DNA from: an uncultured Candidatus Poseidoniales archaeon
GTDB lineage: Archaea > Thermoplasmatota > Poseidoniia > Poseidoniales > Poseidoniaceae
Assembly: GCA_905182125.1 (NCBI GenBank)
Contig: CAJJAV010000026.1
Location: 18,194-82,193, forward strand
Direction of reading: 5' to 3'
Length of the DNA: 64,000 bases
The position numbers and the translations under genes are program-made. Position 1 is the first letter of the stretch; every line of letters starts with the position of its first letter. The notes beneath the pieces are model-generated. The model did no database searches. It was not told the origin of the DNA and was given only the letters and a program-made list of their open reading frames with translations. Of this stretch, positions 40,982 to 50,556 are shown one piece after another.

Positions 40982-42766
40982 ATGTCGCGGGGTGAATGGC
41001 AAGACCAAGACCTGCTCGCTGTGGCACGGGATACGCCTCTGGCAAACCTTGCATTGAACCTTGGATTGGACCTCGATGCTTGGTTGGCTTCAGCGACAGA
41101 AAGTCTACCAGAAACCTTCCGCATCACCCCACATCGTTACGATCGTTCGTGGACAGAAGCAACCTTGCGATCAATCGGTGGCGCTCCGCTCGCTTGGGCG
41201 GAAGACGACTTTGCATGGCAGATGCCCTTTGCTCGAGGCCAAGCGCCAGATGCACGAGCAAAGCACATTCTGGCTCTGATGCATGAATCTGGGCGCATCA
41301 CGCGTCAAGAAGCTGCCAGTATGCTTCCTGTCCTCGTCCTCAATCCATCCTCAGGACAGTTGGTGCTTGATATGTGCGCAGCGCCCGGCTCCAAAGCGAC
41401 TCAAATCGCAGAAGCAATTCATCCAGAAGGGGTTGTGGTCGCTAATGAACCAGTCTCAGGACGTGTCAACATGCTTGTTTCCAACCGCGGTCGTTTGGCC
41501 ATTTCGAACATGCTCATCAACCAACAAGACGGTCGCCATTTGGGAAGAATCCCCCCGCCCGGCTATGATGGAATTGTTGCAGATGTCCCGTGCACAGGTT
41601 CGGCAACGACCCGAAAAAACCGCAATGTATGGTGGAAATGGTCGCCTAAAAATGGAAGAAGCCTGTTCAATCTCCAAGTAGAGATTGCTTTCCGAGGGGC
41701 GACATTGTTGCGCCCCGACCACAACCTTGTTTATTCGACATGCAGCATGGATCCGTGTGAAAACGAAGCTGTTGTCGCTGAACTTCTAAGGCGAGCCCCA
41801 TGGCTCGAACTTGTGCCAATCGACCGTGTCAATCTCGAGGGCTTGGTGCTTCACAAGGGATTGACTCAATGGGATATCCTTGATGAAGAAGGGCTGCCTT
41901 GCGTCGGTCTCAAAGCCCTTGAAGCCCCTTCAATTCATGCCTCTCATTTCCCTCCTAAGCAACGCTGCTCTATGGCTGAGGCCCTTGGTATCGAAGTTGA
42001 TGAGGCCTTAGAAGCCACCATCGAAGCGACACTGCCCCACTGCCTACGCTTGTACCATCACGACAATGACACGGGTGGATTTTTCGTTGCCCAGTTGAGG
42101 CATAAACCCGAATCAACCCCCGAGAACGTCGCTCGAACCTTTGTTCCAAAGCGCTACCAAAACCCCGAATCTGGCTGGGTGCCAATGGTGCTCGACCAAC
42201 CACGCCCCAACCGCCATTCCATCTACCCCGCGCCGCAGCCAATCGTTGAAGAGGTTCAGGAACGCTATGGTCTCAACGACAGCGATTGGTCATGGTGGCA
42301 CCGTGGAAAACGCTTGAACATCGCGCCGAAATTGGTCGAAGAGCGAATTTTCAGCCGCCAGTGCCCGAACAAGAAAGGAAACTTGTGGCCGGGGGGCACC
42401 TTCCATCCGCTGAAACTCATCCATGTCGGCCTGCCAGCATTCACTCAAAAGCGAAAGATCTGGCGTTCACGCCAAGAATCGGTTCCAGCATTGCGCCATC
42501 TCATCACCGCCTCAACACCCGCCATTTCTCCTGAAACACTCGAACGAATGCTGCGCGGCTGGGCGCCGCTCATGGAAGACTATGCAGAAGCCTTTGGAAC
42601 GATTGAGGAAGAAGGGCCAGTTCTGCTGTCCTGCGCTTTACCATGCGGCGAGGCACTTGTTTCAGGATGGGTCGGCGCCCGCCTCACGCTGATGATCGAT
42701 CGAGTCGGACGGGATGTCTTGCGAATGAAACTCGGTATGCCGACAGAAGCCGATGAGGAAGAATGA
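40982..42766 (+). CDS. RsmB/NOP2-family RNA m5C methyltransferase
   Basis: QEAASMLP, DMCAAPGSK, DVPCTG, YSTCS..P.ENE, GGFFVA. Confidence 0.92.
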   Translation: MSRGEWQDQDLLAVARDTPLANLALNLGLDLDAWLASATESLPETFRITPHRYDRSWTEATLRSIGGAPLAWAEDDFAWQMPFARGQAPDARAKHILALMHESGRITRQEAASMLPVLVLNPSSGQLVLDMCAAPGSKATQIAEAIHPEGVVVANEPVSGRVNMLVSNRGRLAISNMLINQQDGRHLGRIPPPGYDGIVADVPCTGSATTRKNRNVWWKWSPKNGRSLFNLQVEIAFRGATLLRPDHNLVYSTCSMDPCENEAVVAELLRRAPWLELVPIDRVNLEGLVLHKGLTQWDILDEEGLPCVGLKALEAPSIHASHFPPKQRCSMAEALGIEVDEALEATIEATLPHCLRLYHHDNDTGGFFVAQLRHKPESTPENVARTFVPKRYQNPESGWVPMVLDQPRPNRHSIYPAPQPIVEEVQERYGLNDSDWSWWHRGKRLNIAPKLVEERIFSRQCPNKKGNLWPGGTFHPLKLIHVGLPAFTQKRKIWRSRQESVPALRHLITASTPAISPETLERMLRGWAPLMEDYAEAFGTIEEEGPVLLSCALPCGEALVSGWVGARLTLMIDRVGRDVLRMKLGMPTEADEEE

Positions 42767-42775
42767 GGTTTTGCT

Positions 42776-43975
42776 ATGCGTGGCGTTTTGTTTTTGATCG
42801 CATTTGCTGCGCTTCTCACTTCATGTGCAGCACCTATGGCGCTGGCATCAGAGAATTCACAAAGCATCGTTTCCAAACTGATTCCCGCACCTGAGGCTCC
42901 AAGCCAAATGCTCATTGAATCATTTTTGCAGGACAATGGTGACGCACCCGATGGCGCAGATGAAGGCGAGGGGGTTCGCTTGTCTTGGTGGTCATGGAGC
43001 GATGAAACCGGATCGGATTGGCCAGACGATGATGCCAAGGCCCGTTATGGCCAACTCGGGTTAATCGGTGAGCCAAAAACGCTGTACAATGGTCAGCCTG
43101 AAGAATCCACGGCACGCAGCCTTCAAGTCGAGCAACCCTTGCTCGATTTCCAAGGACAGATTGAACTGGTGCGCGACGAATCAGGAGGCATTGCTATCTC
43201 CCTACCCGTTGTGTTCACGCCCGGCGTCAACCTAAGCGATTCAACCGTGTTCTCAATTTTCATCAGCGAAGATAGGGCCGTGGATCAGCACGGTCGTGTG
43301 GCCCACAACCTCGTTCGAGATCTGATGCCTCAAATTGGGTTTTCAAACCAGGCAAACAACACCACTGAAACAACCTGGACCGTTCCTTCCACACACCTGC
43401 TTGCAGCGGGCATCGATTTCGAGGCACAGCCCCACGGATGGCACATCACCATCGCGTTATTTGGAGGGGTTGATGGCGAAGATGAAGACCGTCTGCTCAG
43501 CCTCCATCACACCTCCATGCCAACCCCTTGGGACGGTGTATCCTCTGGTGACTTCTTCCTTCCAGGTTTCCTTTTGCTGCTGTGCGTGGTCATTGCTTCG
43601 GGGGCCGTCATGGGTTCATTTAAGCGAGAAAAAGGCATGCCGAAAATCGATGCGCAGTGGGCATCATCGGATCCTCCATTGCTACAATTTCGAATCCTTG
43701 CTGGCAGTCAACAAGTGACGCTCAATGGGTGTGCATGCATCGAACCGTGGGCGATTCGAGGTGGCTTCAAACGCGTTAAGATTTCAGCAGGGCATCACCA
43801 CGAGTTCACCATTCGTTTCAAACGGACCGAGCCTCAAGATTGCCATATTTCATTGAACGTGGAAGTGGATGAGTTGGGGTCATGGACGCAGCACCTTCGC
43901 CTCCCGTCATCCCGCGATGGAGTCCGAAGCGTTGAAGACGATGGAGACAAAGCAACGGCCGGTGATGAAGCATGA
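42776..43975 (+). CDS. Hypothetical exported/membrane protein
   Basis: Signal peptide, Ig-like segment, internal TM. Confidence 0.6.
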   Translation: MRGVLFLIAFAALLTSCAAPMALASENSQSIVSKLIPAPEAPSQMLIESFLQDNGDAPDGADEGEGVRLSWWSWSDETGSDWPDDDAKARYGQLGLIGEPKTLYNGQPEESTARSLQVEQPLLDFQGQIELVRDESGGIAISLPVVFTPGVNLSDSTVFSIFISEDRAVDQHGRVAHNLVRDLMPQIGFSNQANNTTETTWTVPSTHLLAAGIDFEAQPHGWHITIALFGGVDGEDEDRLLSLHHTSMPTPWDGVSSGDFFLPGFLLLLCVVIASGAVMGSFKREKGMPKIDAQWASSDPPLLQFRILAGSQQVTLNGCACIEPWAIRGGFKRVKISAGHHHEFTIRFKRTEPQDCHISLNVEVDELGSWTQHLRLPSSRDGVRSVEDDGDKATAGDEA

Positions 43976-44427
43976 ACCTCGATGATACCGACCGAGCCAT
44001 CCTCGAAGTGTTGCTCGAAGACGCACGTACCAGCCAACGTGCACTTGCACGAAAAGTTGGCATCGCACAAGGGACCGTTCTCAACCGCCTTCGACGACTC
44101 GAAGAAATGGGCGTCATCAAAGGGTACAGCGTTATGCTTGATCCCGGTGCAGTTGGATGGTCGATGACCATTATGGCTGGTTTGCGAATCATGAAGGGGC
44201 GGATGATCGATGTTCAGACCCAAATCGCAGCCGACCCCCGAGTTTTTGCAGTTTACGACGTCACTGGCGATTGGGATTCGATGGTGTTAGCGCGGGTCAA
44301 AGACCGTGCTGATTTAGACGACTTGACCAAGACGGTGTTCACCCTTGAGGGGGTCGCTCGGTCCTACACGCACGTCGTTTTGAACACGGTGAAAGAAGAT
44401 GGGCGAACCCGCCCTGTAGCGGAATAA
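43972..44427 (+). CDS. Lrp/AsnC-family regulator
   Basis: LDDTDRAIL..L..DAR.S...LA, RLRRLEE.GVIKGY, VTGDWD. Confidence 0.93.
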   Translation: MNLDDTDRAILEVLLEDARTSQRALARKVGIAQGTVLNRLRRLEEMGVIKGYSVMLDPGAVGWSMTIMAGLRIMKGRMIDVQTQIAADPRVFAVYDVTGDWDSMVLARVKDRADLDDLTKTVFTLEGVARSYTHVVLNTVKEDGRTRPVAE

Positions 44428-44436
44428 AACTGAAAT

Positions 44437-44928
44437 TTACCTCGACTGATAATCATCGTACTCGTCGATAAAGGGGAGCAATTCATAGGCCATACCTCTG
44501 AGCGATTCAACCACCCTTGTTTCTGGTTTCAGCGCCTTCATTAACACCGTACGCGGCTCTTCGGAAATCTTGACATCCATGCCCTCCAAGCGCCTGCGAA
44601 GTTCAGACTGAAGGCGTCCTCCAGTGCGGTCCCAATCCATCAATATGCACAGGGACGGACCGTTGTCAGCGGTGCGTCGAACCCCGTATGTTTCGTATAA
44701 ATGGGCGACGAGCCGCTCGAGCGGCCAGCCTCGATTTAACATTTCAATCGGCCCTGAAAAACCAAGGGCGGTGAGTGCCATTTTGTCCCGTTTCCCCTCG
44801 ACAAGGATTGGCCAGTCAAGCGTTCGATTCAAGACGCGTGCATTGGCCAACGCTTCGCCAGCGAGGCGAAACCGCAGAGCTGCATCGCCCGAACCAAGCG
44901 GCGAGCGATGCTTCGAATCTCGGGTCAT
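44437..44928 (-). CDS. Stand-alone TOPRIM-domain protein
   Basis: ILVEGKRD and ILMDWDRTG. Confidence 0.8.
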   Translation of the reverse strand: MTRDSKHRSPLGSGDAALRFRLAGEALANARVLNRTLDWPILVEGKRDKMALTALGFSGPIEMLNRGWPLERLVAHLYETYGVRRTADNGPSLCILMDWDRTGGRLQSELRRRLEGMDVKISEEPRTVLMKALKPETRVVESLRGMAYELLPFIDEYDDYQSR

Positions 44929-45245
44929 CGATCCTCCATGGCTTGCTCAAGGGCAGTGAGTATGGCTGCGCATTCGCTGGCTTCAATTCGCACGGTTTTC
45001 TTCCTCGATGTGAGTCCATTGGTGATGCTAAGTGACGCTTTTGGCCTCTTCAAAGTCCGACTTAGAAAGGCCAGAACCGCTTGGTTTGCCTGATTTTTTT
45101 GAGCAGGCTCTACGACTGCTATGCCGAGTCGAGATCGCCAAGGGTTGACTTCGAGCAATCGCTCATTCTGTGCTCCAGGCTGAACTTCGACCGACAACAA
45201 GACCGCTCCGTCAAGCGTTGCTTGGAGGCAGGAATGCGTTGCCAT
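44925..45245 (-). CDS. DUF167 (YggU/UPF0235) protein
   Basis: V.VQPGA, PA....AN.A...FLS, G.TSR.K. Confidence 0.85.
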   Translation of the reverse strand: MATHSCLQATLDGAVLLSVEVQPGAQNERLLEVNPWRSRLGIAVVEPAQKNQANQAVLAFLSRTLKRPKASLSITNGLTSRKKTVRIEASECAAILTALEQAMEDR

Positions 45246-45400
45246 GACGTCCCATCTTGCCCGCCGTTTATCAACCTGACATGGCGAAGTAGGCATCATA
45301 AAAGGCCCCTAAAATGCCACAAAAGGGCCCTAAAACGGGGGGGCTGAAACGCGCGACCGAAGCGGTGAAAGGCAATGATGACGAAGGTGCGCTCGACAAG

Positions 45401-45409
45401 GGTTTAAGT
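45401..45409 (+). promoter_or_regulatory. Putative TATA box of the oxidase operon
   Basis: GGTTTAAGT about 40 bp upstream of the coxB ATG; SD GAGG near 45433. Confidence 0.5.
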
Positions 45410-45443
45410 CCGGTCCCATCGGCCATGAGTTTGAGGATATACC

Positions 45444-46433
45444 ATGCCTGCTGAAGACACTGTTTTCAACGTCTTGTATGACAAGTTCATGTTTTGGAGC
45501 ATCGTCGTGGGGATTTTCACCTTCGGCTGGATGTTCATCGCTATGCTGCGCTACCGCGACGGTGTCGAGCCCGTGGAGAACATGGACAAGTACCACATCG
45601 AGGTGGGTTCGTTCCCCGTTGATTCCCACAACACAAAACTCGAAGTTTTGTTTTACGTACTTCCAACCATCATCGTCGTTTGGTTGACCATGATGGCCCT
45701 CGCTTCCAACACAGCAGTCTGGAGCGTCGATGAAAATGAACCAACCTACAACATCGACATCGTGGGCAAGCAGTGGTTCTGGGAATTCCATTACACAGAA
45801 GCCTTGACGTGGGAAGATCCGGGGACGGGCATCGACGTTGACTGGCAAGGGAACATGCTCATGGTCCATGCGCAAAACACCACTGGGGTCAATGTCACTG
45901 TGGCGATTGACGGCGTGGAAACCGATTACCAACTCAACGCCTCTACGGGCATGTTTGCCCTCTCAGGCGTCATGTTTGACGTCGAACTTCATTCGAAGGT
46001 CACCGTCGTTGACGCTGATGAAAACCTGATCCACACATGGGAACACCTACCGGTGGGGACAATCCTCTCAAGCGCAGGCGGTCAACACCTGATTTTGCCC
46101 TGTGATAAGATCAGCATCCTTTCCCTCCACTCCCGTCCGTCCGATGCTTCGAACCCGAACTATGTCGGTGTCCAGCACTCTTTCTGGCTCCCTGAATGGG
46201 GCGTCAAAGAAGACTTGGTCCCTGGACTTGAAGCTGGTACAGTGATGTACGCTCAGCCCGATGACTTGGGCACCTTCCCAATCCGATGTGCAGAATACTG
46301 TGGTCTGGATCACTCCAAGATGCAAGGAAACGTCGACATCGTCGCAACCGAAGGCGAGACATGTGAAGAAGACACCGGGGTCAAGAAGCAATCCTCCCAA
46401 GACGGAGAAGCAGCAAACGGAGGTGGGTATTGA
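45444..46433 (+). CDS. coxB: Heme-copper oxidase subunit II (CuA)
   Basis: Two TM, GKQWFWEFHY, VQHSFW, CAEYCGLDHSKM. Confidence 0.93.
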   Translation: MPAEDTVFNVLYDKFMFWSIVVGIFTFGWMFIAMLRYRDGVEPVENMDKYHIEVGSFPVDSHNTKLEVLFYVLPTIIVVWLTMMALASNTAVWSVDENEPTYNIDIVGKQWFWEFHYTEALTWEDPGTGIDVDWQGNMLMVHAQNTTGVNVTVAIDGVETDYQLNASTGMFALSGVMFDVELHSKVTVVDADENLIHTWEHLPVGTILSSAGGQHLILPCDKISILSLHSRPSDASNPNYVGVQHSFWLPEWGVKEDLVPGLEAGTVMYAQPDDLGTFPIRCAEYCGLDHSKMQGNVDIVATEGETCEEDTGVKKQSSQDGEAANGGGY

Positions 46434-48763
46434 TGCGAACACGAGCACTCACACTCGTCGCCCTCATGCTCCTCATGCTGGCGGCTGCACCTCAATTTGA
46501 GGCAATGCCCACGGGTATTGGCTCAGCAGGTGACAATGGATGTACGTGCCACGGGGGCGCATCAGGTGACACCTCGGTGATTGTTGAAGGGCTCCCTGAC
46601 AGTTTCAACGCCAGCGAGACCTACCCGTTCACCGTGACCGTCGTCAATGACGTCATGGAACTTCACAACGGTGGCAGCACCGAAGGCGCTGACCCATGGA
46701 ACGGTCACGCAGGCGGATTCCGAATCCTCACATCTTCCGGAATGGTGTCAACGGTCAATGAATCGTTAAGCCATGACATGGACGGCGGCCTCACCCATAC
46801 GGCTGATGCCAACGGTGTTCGCACCTGGGACTTTGAATGGGTCGCTCCAGGCGATGACGGCAAGGTCGTTGAAATCACCGTTTACGGCAATGCAGTGAAC
46901 GGCGGCGCTGGATCTGGTGGCGATTACTGGAACCAAGCAGATTTCATGATTCCCGGTGTTAACGCTGGCGATATCGCACCAAGTGCCCGTGCTCTTGTTG
47001 TCCTGATTACGGCGATTGGCCTTGCTCTCGGCCTTGTATTACTCGGCGTTTTGTATGTGTTCTACGCACGCTCACCATCCACGTTCACCATCGAGCATTT
47101 CTGGTCCTACCTCAAGCCATGGCTCACCACCACCGATCACAAGCAAGTCGGTATCCTCTACTTCCTGTATGGATTCACCTTCTTCTTGGTAGGTGGCGTG
47201 CTTGCCTTGCTGTTCCGTATTCAGCTGGCGTTGCCTGAGAACACCTTCCTTACCGAATCAGAATACAACTCATTCTTCACCTTGCACGGAACCACCATGA
47301 TTTTCTTGGCAGCCATGCCTATGATTGCAGGTTTCATGAACTATGTTCTTCCGCTCCAAATCGGTGCGAAGGATCTGGCATTCCCCCGCATCAACGCCAT
47401 GGGTCTGTGGCTTCTTGTCTTCTCGAGCCCACTGATCTACGCTGGAATCTGGTCCGGCGAGGGCGCCGACATCACATGGGTGATGTACCCTCCTTACTCA
47501 TCATTGACAGAATCAAACCTCGGTGCCGAACTGGCTCAATACGGTTCAAACATCGGTACCACAGCGTTCATCTCTGGAATTCTGATGCTTGGCGCATCCT
47601 CGACCCTTGGTGGTGTTAACTTCATCACCACTGTGTTCACAATGCGCGCCCCAGGTGTCGGCTTCATGAAGATGCCATTGTTCGCTTGGTCTGTCTTCGT
47701 CAGCGTCTTCATGCTCTACATGTCGCTGCCTGCTTTCATCATCGGTGTTGCTTTCTTGCTCTTCGACCATACGCTTGGAACCGTGTTCTTTACCGCCGGT
47801 GGAGACAGTTTACTGTTCCAACATCTGTTCTGGTTCTTCGGCCATCCTGAAGTCTACGTCGTCGTTGTGCCAGCGTTCGGTATCGTCTCGGAAGTGCTTG
47901 CAACCAGCGCCCGAAGATCGATCTTTGGATACAAGTCAATGGTCTTCGCCATGGCTGGAATCGGTGTTGTTGGCTTCATCGTTTGGGGCCACCACATGCT
48001 GACTTCTGGAATGGATCCATTCTGGCGAGCAGCGTTCATGATCACCACGATGGCTGTTGCGATTCCGACAGGAGCAAAGGTGTTCAATTGGTTGGCAACC
48101 ATCTGGGGCGGTAGCCTCGTCATGCGAACCCACACCCTGTGGTCGCTTGGGTTCCTTGTCACCTTCACCCTTGGTGGCATCTCTGGTATGTTCTTCCCAG
48201 TGGCTGGTCTCGACGTCCACTTCCACGATTCATACTTCGTTGTCGCTCACTTCCATTACGTGTTCATCGGCGGTACTGTCTTCGCTTTGTTCTCCGGTGT
48301 CTACTATTGGTACCCCAAGGCAACAGGTCGAAAGCTCAACGAAACGCTTGGACTCTGGCACTTCTTGATTGGCTTTGCTTCCTACAACGCAACCTTCTGG
48401 CCCATGCACGCTCTTGGAATCATGGGTATGCCTCGTCGAACCCACAGTTACACAACCGAAAGCGGATTTGCCGAGTACAACATGGCGATCAGTACATTCT
48501 CGTTCATCTTCGGATTAAGCCAACTCCTCTTGGTTTGGAACATCATCCGTTCCAACCGCCACGGTGAGCCTGCAGGAAACGATCCATGGGGCGGATGGTC
48601 CCTCGAATGGATGACAACATCGCCACCTCCAACACCTTCTTTCCATGACATCCCAACTCAGGGAGACATGAACGAACTCTATGGCCACCACGGCACAGGC
48701 CAAAAGAAGGAAAGCCCGCTGAAGAAGTTGGCAACACCACTTGCAAAGGGGGTCGAAGAATGA
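46433..48763 (+). CDS. coxA: Heme-copper oxidase subunit I (A1 type) with N-terminal exported domain
   Basis: TTDHK, HGTTM, WFFGHPEVY, WGHHM, HDSYFVVAHFHY, GMPRR; ATG overlaps the coxB stop (TGATG). Confidence 0.95.
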   Translation: MRTRALTLVALMLLMLAAAPQFEAMPTGIGSAGDNGCTCHGGASGDTSVIVEGLPDSFNASETYPFTVTVVNDVMELHNGGSTEGADPWNGHAGGFRILTSSGMVSTVNESLSHDMDGGLTHTADANGVRTWDFEWVAPGDDGKVVEITVYGNAVNGGAGSGGDYWNQADFMIPGVNAGDIAPSARALVVLITAIGLALGLVLLGVLYVFYARSPSTFTIEHFWSYLKPWLTTTDHKQVGILYFLYGFTFFLVGGVLALLFRIQLALPENTFLTESEYNSFFTLHGTTMIFLAAMPMIAGFMNYVLPLQIGAKDLAFPRINAMGLWLLVFSSPLIYAGIWSGEGADITWVMYPPYSSLTESNLGAELAQYGSNIGTTAFISGILMLGASSTLGGVNFITTVFTMRAPGVGFMKMPLFAWSVFVSVFMLYMSLPAFIIGVAFLLFDHTLGTVFFTAGGDSLLFQHLFWFFGHPEVYVVVVPAFGIVSEVLATSARRSIFGYKSMVFAMAGIGVVGFIVWGHHMLTSGMDPFWRAAFMITTMAVAIPTGAKVFNWLATIWGGSLVMRTHTLWSLGFLVTFTLGGISGMFFPVAGLDVHFHDSYFVVAHFHYVFIGGTVFALFSGVYYWYPKATGRKLNETLGLWHFLIGFASYNATFWPMHALGIMGMPRRTHSYTTESGFAEYNMAISTFSFIFGLSQLLLVWNIIRSNRHGEPAGNDPWGGWSLEWMTTSPPPTPSFHDIPTQGDMNELYGHHGTGQKKESPLKKLATPLAKGVEE

Positions 48764-50136
48764 GCGGACATGGAAATGACGTTGCAAACAGTATCTGGCT
48801 GCGTGCAGTCATGATGGCCGGAATGATCCTCACTGTTGGTGTGATTGGATTTGCCGTGCTTGGTGTTGCAATCGCAGGCCAAAAGCATCACACATGGGAA
48901 GAAGAACACCATCACTACGATGATGCCAAAGAAGAATGGCAGACCGCAGTTGCAAACGCTGAAATCTCTGGCGACGACCATTCTGCAGAACTCTACATCA
49001 CCAAGGAAGAGGCTCACAACACCGAAATTGCAGCCCACCTTTCCTACCTCACCTACCGTGTTGCGGGCATGACCATGCTCTTCCTCGCAGCAGGGTACGC
49101 ATCCTTCATCGGACTTGGCGGATTCTTGAACGCAAGTAAACCAAAAGCAGACGATCATGGCGATGACCACGGCGATGGCTACGGTGATGATCACCATGGC
49201 TCAGCTTCGCCGATCATCTTCGCGTTTGGTATCATGGTGTTCTTGACCGGTTTACCCGATTTCATCGTCGCTTGCAAAGCCTTGCTCGATGAAACCGTTC
49301 CGGCGGAATTAGGCATGCTCGGTGTTAGCGTTTCAGGATTGTTGATCATCGTGATCGCAGTTTCCAACTGGTGGTTCGAAGATTTGCCATTCATCGGTCA
49401 CGGTGAACAAATTGCAACCTCGTATCCTTTCGAAGGCGACCACATCCGCAAGGTGGGTCTTTGGGTGTTCATCATGTCTGAAATCATGGTGTTCGCCACG
49501 TTCTTCTCCTCGTACCTACGAATGCGTACCGAATGGTGCACAAAGTGGGCATTCAAGGCCAGCGACGGTGGATTTGAGGGCTGTGAAAGCCCTGATGATT
49601 GGGTCCTCACGGCATCCGATTACCTCCGACCTGGTGGCGCTAAAATTGACGGACTGGGTAATTCAGTCGGTGACTTCTGGACGCTCTTGCCTGGTGGAAT
49701 CAACACCTTTGCCCTGATCATCTCCTCCTACACCATCGTTCTCGCACTCAAGACTGCAAAGAACGCAAACTGGGAAGCGCCAAAGGGCATCATGGGCAAA
49801 CTCATGCCGACTCGAAAGGCAGCTGTTCGAAACTACCTCATTGCCACACTCATGCTTGGTTCTCTGTTCATCGTGCTCAAACTCGTTGAGTGGAGCCACT
49901 TGGTTGCTGAAGGGTTCACCATCGGCACCGTCCAAGGTTCAATCTTCTACATTGCTACCGGCGCACACGGTCTTCACGTGTTTGTCGGTTTGGTGATCAT
50001 GCTGTATCTGGTGTTCAAGGCAGACACCATCGGCTTTGATGAGGACAATGCACAGGGCATCGAATACTTCGGTCTCTACTGGCACTTTGTCGACTTGGCT
50101 TGGGTGGTTATCTTCCCAGCATTCTACTTGTATTGA
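48760..50136 (+). CDS. coxC: Heme-copper oxidase subunit III with His-rich N-terminal extension
   Basis: FIMSE..F..FF, NT..LI.SS, TGAHGLHV, YWHFVD.AW. Confidence 0.92.
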   Translation: MSGHGNDVANSIWLRAVMMAGMILTVGVIGFAVLGVAIAGQKHHTWEEEHHHYDDAKEEWQTAVANAEISGDDHSAELYITKEEAHNTEIAAHLSYLTYRVAGMTMLFLAAGYASFIGLGGFLNASKPKADDHGDDHGDGYGDDHHGSASPIIFAFGIMVFLTGLPDFIVACKALLDETVPAELGMLGVSVSGLLIIVIAVSNWWFEDLPFIGHGEQIATSYPFEGDHIRKVGLWVFIMSEIMVFATFFSSYLRMRTEWCTKWAFKASDGGFEGCESPDDWVLTASDYLRPGGAKIDGLGNSVGDFWTLLPGGINTFALIISSYTIVLALKTAKNANWEAPKGIMGKLMPTRKAAVRNYLIATLMLGSLFIVLKLVEWSHLVAEGFTIGTVQGSIFYIATGAHGLHVFVGLVIMLYLVFKADTIGFDEDNAQGIEYFGLYWHFVDLAWVVIFPAFYLY

Positions 50137-50145
50137 GGTGAAATT

Positions 50146-50511
50146 ATGGGAGAACACGCAAATTTATACATGGGCAAAGACGTCTATTTTTGGAACTTCA
50201 TCGTCTTGATGGTGTTCACACTGTTCGAACTTGGAGCCGTTTTCTTTGAAACGGTTCCAGGAACTGAAATTGAAATCAAGAGGTCAGTGGTTTGGGCCAT
50301 CCTCATCGTGGTCGGCATCGTCAAGGGCTACGGTATTGCAGCGTTTTTCATGCACTTGAGGGATGAGCACAAGTGGTTCAACATCACGTTCATGTTCCCT
50401 TGGATCTTTGTTGCACTGATGATTTGGGGCATTGGTCTATCGAACCCTGAAGGCGTCTCAGGACTCCCAAGCTGGTGCACACCAGATTGGAGTTACGCAA
50501 CCGAACGCTGA
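50146..50511 (+). CDS. coxD: Heme-copper oxidase subunit IV
   Basis: Three TM with K...IAAFFMHL; SD GAGGTGA. Confidence 0.82.
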   Translation: MGEHANLYMGKDVYFWNFIVLMVFTLFELGAVFFETVPGTEIEIKRSVVWAILIVVGIVKGYGIAAFFMHLRDEHKWFNITFMFPWIFVALMIWGIGLSNPEGVSGLPSWCTPDWSYATER

Positions 50512-50556
50512 ACTGAATAGGATAACCTTCAAACCCTTCGCCCGAGGGCAGTAATC

